18,160 nucleotides of DNA from an uncultured bacterium. Lineage in GTDB: Bacteria > Desulfobacterota > GWC2-55-46 > DRQE01. The DNA is taken from the NCBI GenBank assembly GCA_965371305.1, contig CBDUXY010000037.1, positions 1 to 18,160 on the forward strand. The letters are read 5' to 3'. The notes under the pieces are model-generated. The model had not been told where the DNA came from and ran no database searches. It saw only the letters and a list, made by a program, of their open reading frames with translations. Of the stretch, positions 7,887 through 14,911 are shown in pieces. Every line of letters starts with the position of its first letter. The stretch's first letter is position 1. A program made the translations under genes and the position numbers.

Positions 7887-8297
7887 CTTGACTAATCATA
7901 TAATTTAGGGACAAAAACAACAAGTGATTTGTAGGTTTTTTAAGTTTATTTTATCTCCCGTGTATAAATTAAGAATTTCCAACCAATGTGCGCCCTATTA
8001 TCACAAAAGAAAAACCGCATCCAGCAGGGCAGAAAAGATTTTACAAAGAGCCGTCTTCGCCTTTTTCATAAATGAAACGGGTTGCTTATTAATACCGCAG
8101 CCTGCTTGCGCTTTAGCTGGAACCTCACTTTGCTTCCATAGATCCTGTGGCTTTTGTTTTGAACCGTCTTTCATTTTGTTATCCTGCGTTTTTTTAGTGA
8201 CTCATGGTTTATGTTTGACTCAAAACCAACTCTACTGTATATTTAAAATAACACGGATGTTTTTATTCACAAAGCGAAGTAGAGAGGTGTTTTTCGC

Positions 8298-8759
8298 ATG
8301 TCAAATACAGCGAGGATTACGCCGTCAACCGACCCCTTCAGGGAACTTCTTGTTAAGAAGGTTCAGTTCGACAAACTCTATAGCGTCTGCAATATAGCGA
8401 CGTGGCTTAACATCCCTGAAAAAACAATTTATAACTACCTTGCCGGGCGCTCGTATTTTCCTCCCGGTCTCATCGCGGTGCTTTACAACCACACAAAAGA
8501 CATTGACTTCCTAAACGTGATAATCGGCGTAACTGACCAGCGCCTATCGTCAAAAAGACTTCAAACAAACGGCAGGACAGGCGGGGAAGAGCTTCAAGAG
8601 GTGCTGGTGGAACTCGGCAAGACCACGGAGGAATACCTCAAAGCCATAGAAGACGGCTTTATCGACGAACATGAATTAAAGAAGATTAAACGGCGCATAA
8701 GTTGTGCGCGGCGCGAACTTGACGAACTGGAGCACTGCGTCGAGACAGAGAGAAAATAA
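8298..8759 (+). CDS. Hypothetical small protein with a probable N-terminal helix-turn-helix and a C-terminal coiled coil. Divergent from pspA. Possibly a phage-type (CII-like) transcriptional regulator.
   Basis: AGAGAGG RBS. YSVCNIATWLNIPEKTIYNYLAGR has an HTH-like pattern. The C-terminal EELQEVLVELGKTTEEYLKAIEDGFIDEHELKKIKRRISCARRELDELEHCVE is amphipathic. Family assignment is a guess. Confidence 0.55.
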   Translation: MSNTARITPSTDPFRELLVKKVQFDKLYSVCNIATWLNIPEKTIYNYLAGRSYFPPGLIAVLYNHTKDIDFLNVIIGVTDQRLSSKRLQTNGRTGGEELQEVLVELGKTTEEYLKAIEDGFIDEHELKKIKRRISCARRELDELEHCVETERK

Positions 8760-8877
8760 CAGTTGCAGTGTTTTACGGCGCGTGGTTTTGAATTATGTCA
8801 TATTACGAGTTGACCCTGACTGTTCAGCAGGGCTATGTTAAGGCACTAACACTACGTGAATTAATCCGCAAAGCGAT

Positions 8878-9006
8878 TCATTTTTTAAGCACATCATTAA
8901 GCACCTTGCTAAGTAGATGGATCTTGTAGGGTTTAACAACAACACCGCTGAAGCCGTATTCACTGTAGTCGGCCATCACCGGGTCGTCTGAGTAGCCGCC
9001 TGCTCA
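8878..9006 (-). pseudogene. Probable remnant of the 3' end of a response-regulator receiver domain. An in-frame stop lies upstream and no N-terminal part is present.
   Basis: Minus-strand translation gives ...AGGYSDDPVMADYSEYGFSGVVVKPYKIHLLSKVLNDVLKK*. This matches the receiver-domain C-terminal pattern (Ga.dY..KPf....L...i...L). The frame is closed by TGA immediately upstream, and the other upstream frames do not continue a receiver domain. Confidence 0.3.
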
Positions 9007-9124
9007 AACCAAAGTGCCGGAATTTGAATGAATAGCTGAAAATAATGGGCAGCCACACGACCGCACTCATAAGAGATGTGGAGTGTTAAGAGGACAATTT
9101 AGAAACACTCTGGCAACAAAAAAA

Positions 9125-9220
9125 TGGCGGAAAGGGGAGGGAGTCGAACCCTCCAGCCCCCTCAAGAGGCGACAAACCGGTGTTGAAGACCGGCAGGGCC
9201 ACCGGGCCCTATCCCCTTCC
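9125..9220 (-). tRNA. selC: tRNA-Sec (selenocysteine), anticodon UCA, 96 nt with encoded CCA
   Basis: Reverse complement: GGAAGGGG-AT-AGGGCC-CGGT-GGCCCT-G-CCGGT-CTTCAAC-ACCGG-(23-nt variable arm)-GAGGG-TTCGACT-CCCTC-CCCTTTCC-G-CCA. It has an 8-bp acceptor stem with one G-U pair, a 6-bp D stem with a 4-nt loop, a 5-bp anticodon stem with a 7-nt loop holding UCA, and a 5-bp T stem with a TTCGACT loop. This is the 8/5 architecture diagnostic of bacterial tRNA-Sec. An A/T7 run follows the 3' end. Confidence 0.85.
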
Positions 9221-9339
9221 AACTACGGCAAATAATAACAGAAATAACAACATAAGAAAATAAAAAAAGGAACCCTTGTTAAAAAGGTTCCTCTATGATT
9301 GCAAGATTGGCGCAACTTTTCCTGATACCCGCTACACAT

Positions 9340-9525
9340 CACCCATTTTGCCGCTGCTTGCTGCCGATAGCCACAATGTCTGCCCGCTGCCCACTTGCCC
9401 GCTTACCGACTGGCACTATCCACAACGTCTGCCTGCTGCCTGATTGCCCGCTGCCCACTTGCCAATTACTGCCGCCATACACGACGTCTGCCCACTTGCC
9501 CGCTGCCCGCTGCCCGATTGCCTTA
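9340..9525. repeat. Degenerate C/T-rich tandem repeats (about 45-60 bp units, roughly 3 copies) built from CTGCCC/CTTGCC/CGCTGCCC motifs. Each unit ends in (A)CAAyGTCTGCC or ACGACGTCTGCC.
   Basis: Read directly. These repeats generate the artefactual ORFs 9295..9528(+) and 9339..9656(-), which have repetitive low-complexity translations. Confidence 0.6.
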
Positions 9526-9754
9526 TAGATTAAAAAAATAAAAAAAAGCAGGCGTCGTAACGAATGGCTGTGTCCGGTGAGTAAGCCTTTCTTCCCAGGC
9601 CTCCGAAGGTGGCTTTTGGGCACCCTGCACACCGGAGTTGCGCATAAATTGCGCACTTTCGAACAACGCCTGCCTATTGCATATAACCCTAATAAAAATA
9701 TAGCACAAGATTTCGTTTCTGCAACCTTGTAACATCAAAAAAGACTAAAAAGTC

Positions 9755-10837
9755 CTAAATACCAAGCTTTTTACAGACGCAATCAAAGAATTCAGCCTCT
9801 TGCTGCATACTGACGTCTACGATAAGTGCTTGAATATTAAGGCCTTTTACAGACTCACCGGTTAACCGCACCAGATCCTTCTCAGTCGTAACCACTAAAT
9901 CTACGCCCACGTCATTTTCCTTTATCCTCGAAACTTCCCTCTCTCCGTACCACTGGTGGTCAGGGAAAAAAAGTTCCTTTACAACCTTTGCACCGCACTG
10001 TTCAATGGTTTTAACAAACCCGTCAGGCCCTGCACTGCCGGCAAGTGCAAGCACCTTTTTACCTTTTATCTTTTCAAGTCCGACTCTTGCGCCATTAATA
10101 TCTACAAGTCCTGTGGGCCTGTAAATGAATTTAAAACTTTTAACATCTACGTCTCCGGCGCCTTCCCCTTTTTCCAACAAAGACGATACGGTAAACGCCC
10201 CGTCGCCTTTCAGAAGAAATAAATCCGCACGAGACAGGCCTGAAACAGGTTCTCTAAGAGGTCCTCTGGGCAGCAGATAACCGTTTCCTATGCCGCGCGC
10301 TGCGTCAAAAAGCACTATGTCCAAGTCACGCCCGAGCCTTATATGCTGAAACCCGTCGTCAAGTAAAATTACGTCAGGCGCGAACCTCGCTACCGCAAGA
10401 GCGCCGGAAGCTACCCTGTCCGCTCCGACTATTACCGGTACGCCAGGGAGGCGCTTTGCCATGAGATACGGCTCATCCCCTGAATGCTTTGGAGTCAATA
10501 ATATATTAGTCCCGTCCGAAACAACCTCTATACCAGTACCTTCTCTCTTGTATCCCCTGCTCAAGATCGCAACCTTAAGTCCCTTTCGTAAAAACCTCTG
10601 AGCAAGAAAGATCACCACCGGGGTCTTACCGCTTCCACCAACCGTTATGTTGCCGACAGATACGACCTTGCAAGGCAACCCGCTACTTTTTAAAATACCC
10701 GAGCGATAGCAGGCATTCCTGAGCGTTACACCAAACCCGTAAACACGCGACAAGGCGGAGAAAGAGATATGCGAAAGTGTATCTATGTCTTCGCTCTCCA
10801 TTACATCTTCCACTTTGTCTCTGAAACGCTCTGTCAT
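9755..10837 (-). CDS. lpxK: Tetraacyldisaccharide 4'-kinase LpxK
   Basis: P-loop ...VSVGNITVGGSGKTPVVIFLAQ... in the position typical of LpxK. 360 aa. The ATG overlaps the waaA stop (ATGA). Confidence 0.9.
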   Translation of the reverse strand: MTERFRDKVEDVMESEDIDTLSHISFSALSRVYGFGVTLRNACYRSGILKSSGLPCKVVSVGNITVGGSGKTPVVIFLAQRFLRKGLKVAILSRGYKREGTGIEVVSDGTNILLTPKHSGDEPYLMAKRLPGVPVIVGADRVASGALAVARFAPDVILLDDGFQHIRLGRDLDIVLFDAARGIGNGYLLPRGPLREPVSGLSRADLFLLKGDGAFTVSSLLEKGEGAGDVDVKSFKFIYRPTGLVDINGARVGLEKIKGKKVLALAGSAGPDGFVKTIEQCGAKVVKELFFPDHQWYGEREVSRIKENDVGVDLVVTTEKDLVRLTGESVKGLNIQALIVDVSMQQEAEFFDCVCKKLGI

Positions 10838-12195
10838 ATTCCGGCACCCTTTTTCATTACGTCCTCTATTACCTCCAAGGCTCTCCGGGTTGCCCCTTTG
10901 TTTGCCTCGACAACCTCCAGCGCTGCCTTGCCTGTTTCTTCTCTTAATGCCTTATCTGCCAAAAGTTCTTTTAAGGCCTTGTAAAGTCCCTGCTCGCCGC
11001 TGCCCGCCCTTACGCCCCCGCCTTTTTCCTCAAGCAACTCGGCCATGTAGAGATAAGTCGTCAGATAAGGGCCGTATACAACGGGCTTGCTGAAAAGTGA
11101 GGGCTCAAGCAAATTATGTCCGCCAATGCCAGGGACAAAAGTGCCTGCAACCACAGAGACCGTCGAAAGACTGTAGACAAGGGAAAGCTCGCCCATGGTG
11201 TCGAGCATGATCACGTCGGCTGCGGCCTTATTATTTTCCCGGCCTTTTGCCCGGCCCGGCATCTTGCTTCTTCTTTGACAGACAAGACCCTTGGTTTTTA
11301 TAAGTCCTTCTACTTCGTCAAACCTCTCAGGATGTCTTGGAGCAATCACTATCTTTAAATTCGCAAACTCGCTTTTTAGTTTCTTAAATACATTTAAAAT
11401 TAATTCTTCCTCGCCAGGGTGGGTACTTCCTACTACCAGAACCATGTCTGATGGGGAGATACCAAAAGATTCCTTCATTGACTTTTGTTTTGCCCTGAGA
11501 ACCGACGGCTTATCGTCAACAGGCGCCTGCAAGTCGAACTTTATATTACCCGTCACCTCGCACCGGTTCGCAGAGGCACCAAGCTCCCTTGCCATCTCAG
11601 CGTCCCTCTCCGTTCTGGCGCAGAAAAAAGTAATGCCGGAGAACACGTCGCGCGTAAGAAAAGAAAACTTCCGGTAGCGCTGAAACGACCTCTCGGACAT
11701 GGTGCCGTTCACCACCACTACTGGTACAGAACGGCGGCGGAAGCTTCTCATGATGTTTGGCCAGTATTCTTTCTCCACCAGCACGAACACGTCCGGGCGC
11801 ACACGGTTGCAAACGTTCCTGACGACCCAGGAGAGGTCCATCGGGAAATACATGAGCGTATCGATCAAACCTTCACCGTCGGTTTCGGCAACTTTATTGC
11901 CTGTCGGCGTAACAGTCGAAAACACGATCTTGTATTCAGGATGTTTGTTCTTAAGAAGTTTCAGGAGCGGGATCACGGCCTTTGTCTCTCCAACGCTTAC
12001 GGCGTGAATCCAGACGACACGGTTTACCTCTGGCCTTGCCCCTGAAAGGGGTGCGAATTTATTTTTGTTGATAAAACCGAAACGCTCGGGAATACCTCTT
12101 CGGTACTTTCCGACGGTAAGCATCTTTATCAGGAAGTACGGGAGCGAAACAAGCATGGCCAAATGTAAGAGGATATCATAGGCAAGATATATCAT
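10834..12195 (-). CDS. waaA: 3-deoxy-D-manno-octulosonic acid (Kdo) transferase WaaA/KdtA
   Basis: Signature ...VVWIHAVSVGETKAVIPLL... (WIHAASVGE motif) near the N-terminus, with an N-terminal membrane anchor. 453 aa. Confidence 0.9.
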   Translation of the reverse strand: MIYLAYDILLHLAMLVSLPYFLIKMLTVGKYRRGIPERFGFINKNKFAPLSGARPEVNRVVWIHAVSVGETKAVIPLLKLLKNKHPEYKIVFSTVTPTGNKVAETDGEGLIDTLMYFPMDLSWVVRNVCNRVRPDVFVLVEKEYWPNIMRSFRRRSVPVVVVNGTMSERSFQRYRKFSFLTRDVFSGITFFCARTERDAEMARELGASANRCEVTGNIKFDLQAPVDDKPSVLRAKQKSMKESFGISPSDMVLVVGSTHPGEEELILNVFKKLKSEFANLKIVIAPRHPERFDEVEGLIKTKGLVCQRRSKMPGRAKGRENNKAAADVIMLDTMGELSLVYSLSTVSVVAGTFVPGIGGHNLLEPSLFSKPVVYGPYLTTYLYMAELLEEKGGGVRAGSGEQGLYKALKELLADKALREETGKAALEVVEANKGATRRALEVIEDVMKKGAGI

Positions 12196-12256
12196 GAGTG
12201 TATTGCCTTTTTTTCAGTTGCCTTTTTTCAGTTAAAAACTTTTCAATCAAATTTTT

Positions 12257-12921
12257 TTAATTAAAAAATTTATCGGCCCTGGTTGTGAGGTCGTTAAGGG
12301 TGTTTTCAAGCTCAAGGCGTTTTGCCTCCATAGTGTCTGCATCCGAGTCACGCGCAACAAAAATCGGTTCTCCGGCTATGAACACTGCTTTTGAAAACGG
12401 CATGGGTACTAAAAAGCAGTCCCAGCTTGAAAGATTTTTTTTTTTGACGCGCCGAAACCCATCGGTATAATGGGAAGACCCGTCCTTGAGGCTATCAGGA
12501 TTGCCCCCATCTGCGCCTTGAAACCGGGCCCCTTCGGCCCGTCCGGGGTAATTGCAAGGTCGCGACCATTTTTAACAGCTCGCAGTAAGCCCTTAAGCCC
12601 CTTAAACCATCCCCTGGTGGACGAGCCGCGCTCGGCCTTTATGCCAAACCACTTCACTGCCCGCGCCACAAGTTCGCCGTCACGGTGCTGGCTTACCAGC
12701 ACCGTAATACCAGAACCCGGATAACCATACGGCATCATCATCAGCCTTCCGTGCCAGAAGGAAAGGATTATCTGCCCGCCGTCCTTGAAAATCTTCCTGT
12801 ATCCGTCAAAGTTAACGTAAGTGAAACGCATGGAAAGGGCAAGCAGCCTTATCAGTACATGCGCGACTATCGGAATAACCTTCATTGAAAGACTATGAGA
12901 TTTTTTTTGTTCTTCGGTCAT
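12257..12921 (-). pseudogene. DUF374-type lysophospholipid acyltransferase-like protein (commonly between msbA and waaA), apparently frameshifted at an A11 homopolymer. The call spans both segments, not just the 5' ORF.
   Basis: The 5' segment ends KKKIFQAGTAF* at 12409. The +1 frame continues for 57 stop-free codons: SSWDCFLVPMPFSKAVFIAGEPIFVARDSDADTMEAKRLELENTLNDLTTRADKFFN* (stop at 12257-12259). Inserting one A, giving A12 at plus 12432-12442, would fuse the two segments. The family core ...VSQHRDGELVARAVKWFGIKAERGSSTRGWFKGLKGL...ITPDGPKGP... is present. The ATG for MTEEQKK at 12919-12921 is preferred over the TTG at 12960, which lies inside the 89-bp repeat. Confidence 0.6.
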
Positions 12922-12935
12922 TTTTTTATGTCCGC

Positions 12936-13120
12936 AGGTGCTTGCGTACTGAAATAACAAAATATTTTTTGTGTGTCCTCAACCCTGTAAACCTGAAAGC
13001 TTATTGCTGAATTTGCTCACCTTGAGGTGCTTGCGTACTGAAATAACAAAATGTTTTTTGTGTATCCTCAGCCCTGTAAACCTGAAAGCTTATTGCTGAA
13101 TTTGCTCACCTTGAGGTGCT
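12936..13120. repeat. Direct tandem repeat, 89-bp unit in 2 full copies plus a 7-bp partial third, about 95% identical. Intergenic between the msbA stop and the DUF374 gene start.
   Basis: Copy 1 is 12936-13024 and copy 2 is 13025-13113. The unit begins AGGTGCTTGCGTACTGAAATAACAAAAT and ends GCTGAATTTGCTCACCTTG. The copies differ at about 4 positions. AGGTGCT recurs at 13114-13120. Confidence 0.85.
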
Positions 13121-14904
13121 CAGGCTATGTCCTCTACAAGCCCCTTGAACTGCAAGTTATAGAGGCGCGAGTACTCGCCTCCGGCAGCAAGCAGCTCGTT
13201 GTGTGTTCCTGACTCAACAATAGAGCCGCCCGAGAGAACAATTATTCTATCCGAGTTCTTAACGGTCGAGAGCCTGTGGGCTATTACAAAGGCCGTCCTG
13301 CCATCAAGCAGTCTGTCTAACCCCTGCTGCACGGCAAGCTCGCTCTCCGTATCAAGGGAAGAAGTGGCCTCATCCATAACGAGTATGGGCGCGTTCTTAA
13401 GCATGGCCCTTGCAATGGAGAGCCTTTGCCGCTCTCCGCCCGAGAGCTTAAGTCCACTTTGACCTACTACAGTATCATAACCTTCGCTCATTCGCATGAC
13501 AAAATCATGCACGTTAGCGGCCTTTGCCGCTTCTTCTATTTCCCCGACACTTCTGTTCAGCTCGCCGTAAGCAATGTTGTTTCTGATAGTATCGTTAAAC
13601 AGGATTACCTCTTGCGATACTATAGCTATATTAGACCTGAGTGAAGCAAGTGTCAATTCCCTTACGTCCGTGCCGTCTACGGTAATGCTGCCTTTTGTCA
13701 CATCATAAAAGCGCGGGATCAGGTTGACGAACGTCGACTTACCTGCCCCGCTTGAACCGACTATGGCAATCCTCTCGCCTTTCTTAACGGTCAGGTCTAT
13801 ATCGTTTAAAATCTGCTTTTCACCGTATGAAAAATCAACACCTTTGAACTCAACGCTGTCATTAAAGACACCAAGCTCCCTTGTACCCGTGGCCTCAAAC
13901 GGTTCGGTCCTGGTATCCATCACTTCAAATATCCTTCCAACCGAGGCTAACCCCTGTTGTATGGCAAGATGCACCCCGTTTAAGGCCTTTATCGGCTGAT
14001 AGATCATTATAAGGGCCGCGAAAAAGGACATGAACTCCTCTGGCTTAAGAGTACCCTCTGAAATTCTATATGAGGCATACCAGATGGTCGCAGCAAAACC
14101 AACCGCGCCAATCGTCTCCATAAGAGGTGTGGAGATGCCGCGCACCTTAACCGTTTTTATCCTGTATTTTGCAAACCTCTCGTTCTCGTTATTAAACTTC
14201 TTTAACTCGTAACCCTCCATGCCAAAGGCCTTGACTATTCTAATACCGGAGACGGATTCAAACAAAGATGAGTTCATAGTGCCCATCGTAATCTGGCCTT
14301 TTTTTGCAGCCTTCTTTATGAGCCGCCCAAACCTCATGGCAGGATAAACTGCAAGGGGAAATGTCAAAAGTGCTGCAATAGAAAGTTTCCAGTCAAGGGA
14401 GATAACAACCGCAACCAACACCAGAAGAGTAAGCACCTGCTTTAACGCATTGGTAAGGGTACTTGCAGCGGCCTTTAAAAGGGTATTCACGTCCATCGTG
14501 ACCTTGGAGATAATATCGCCTGTCTGATTGCTGACAAAATAATTTACAGGCAGCCTGAGCAGATGTTTGAACAACTCTCTTCTAAGATCCGAGATTACCC
14601 TTAGCCCCACGTAACCCATATGATAGATATTACCGTAAGAGCTAAGCCCCTTTACTATGGCTATGAGGATTATGGCAAAAGGTATAACAATATTAAGTCT
14701 CTCAGGCTGGACGGTAAAAAGATCAAAGGGGAGAATTTGCAGGCTTTCCGTGCTGTCGGTCTGGAAAAGCACTTTTATGGCAGGTCCGACAAGGAACGCG
14801 AGTGCGCCGCTAGTGCTTGCAAAGACAAACATGCACACAACAGCCACTACAACTCTCTTCCAGTAAGGACGGAGATATTTTAAAAGTCTTAAATATGCCT
14901 TCAT
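13120..14904 (-). CDS. msbA: Lipid A export ABC transporter MsbA (fused permease/ATPase)
   Basis: Six-TM N-terminal domain. Walker A GSSGAGKST, signature LSGGERQRLSIARAM and Walker B ILVMDEATSSLD are all present. Start is chosen at MKAYLRLLKYLRPYWKR (ATG 14902-14904, GGAGAG RBS). The ORF-track start at 14985 would overlap lpxB. Confidence 0.85.
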   Translation of the reverse strand: MKAYLRLLKYLRPYWKRVVVAVVCMFVFASTSGALAFLVGPAIKVLFQTDSTESLQILPFDLFTVQPERLNIVIPFAIILIAIVKGLSSYGNIYHMGYVGLRVISDLRRELFKHLLRLPVNYFVSNQTGDIISKVTMDVNTLLKAAASTLTNALKQVLTLLVLVAVVISLDWKLSIAALLTFPLAVYPAMRFGRLIKKAAKKGQITMGTMNSSLFESVSGIRIVKAFGMEGYELKKFNNENERFAKYRIKTVKVRGISTPLMETIGAVGFAATIWYASYRISEGTLKPEEFMSFFAALIMIYQPIKALNGVHLAIQQGLASVGRIFEVMDTRTEPFEATGTRELGVFNDSVEFKGVDFSYGEKQILNDIDLTVKKGERIAIVGSSGAGKSTFVNLIPRFYDVTKGSITVDGTDVRELTLASLRSNIAIVSQEVILFNDTIRNNIAYGELNRSVGEIEEAAKAANVHDFVMRMSEGYDTVVGQSGLKLSGGERQRLSIARAMLKNAPILVMDEATSSLDTESELAVQQGLDRLLDGRTAFVIAHRLSTVKNSDRIIVLSGGSIVESGTHNELLAAGGEYSRLYNLQFKGLVEDIA

Positions 14905-14911
14905 AACCGCT

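Noticed and set aside
7788-8297. Sigma54 (-24/-12) promoter upstream of pspA, by analogy with E. coli
   Set aside because: No TGGCAC-N5-TTGCW (or its reverse complement) was found in the region. The nearest look-alike (TGGAAC...TTTGCT around 8118) has wrong spacing and faces the other gene.
7924-8397. 157-aa plus-strand ORF in the AT-rich region upstream of the HTH gene
   Set aside because: The translation is Cys/Phe-rich and not protein-like, with no RBS. It overlaps the real 8298 gene start in another frame and lies in obvious promoter or intergenic DNA.
8795-8929. 44-aa plus-strand mini-ORF (MSYYELTLTVQQGYVKALTLRELIRKAI...) downstream of the HTH gene
   Set aside because: No RBS and too short to support. 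It overlaps the antisense response-regulator remnant and cannot be distinguished from chance.
9081-9110. GAGTGTT...AACACTC hairpin next to the tRNA-Sec 3' end as a terminator
   Set aside because: The loop is 16 nt and the U-run lies on the wrong side of the hairpin for minus-strand transcription. It is an A-run for plus-strand transcription. Not a convincing intrinsic terminator.
9295-9656. ORFs 9295..9528(+) and 9339..9656(-) between selC and lpxK
   Set aside because: Both are generated by the CTGCCC-type tandem repeats. Their translations are repetitive low-complexity (CLLP..., GQRADIV...). No RBS.
11485-12045. Plus-strand ORFs (11116..11358, 11291..11677, 11485..12045, 11699..12007) inside waaA
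   Set aside because: No motif support and no RBS. waaA on the minus strand carries the WIHAxSVGE signature and is in operon phase with lpxK.
12285-12470. 61-aa plus-strand ORF downstream of the DUF374 5' ORF
   Set aside because: Its antisense strand encodes the credible frameshifted C-terminus of the DUF374 protein. The plus-strand reading is an artefact.
12936-13120. 89-bp direct repeats as a CRISPR array
   Set aside because: Only two adjacent copies with no unique spacers between them. The unit is far longer than CRISPR repeats and no cas genes are nearby. It is a simple tandem duplication.
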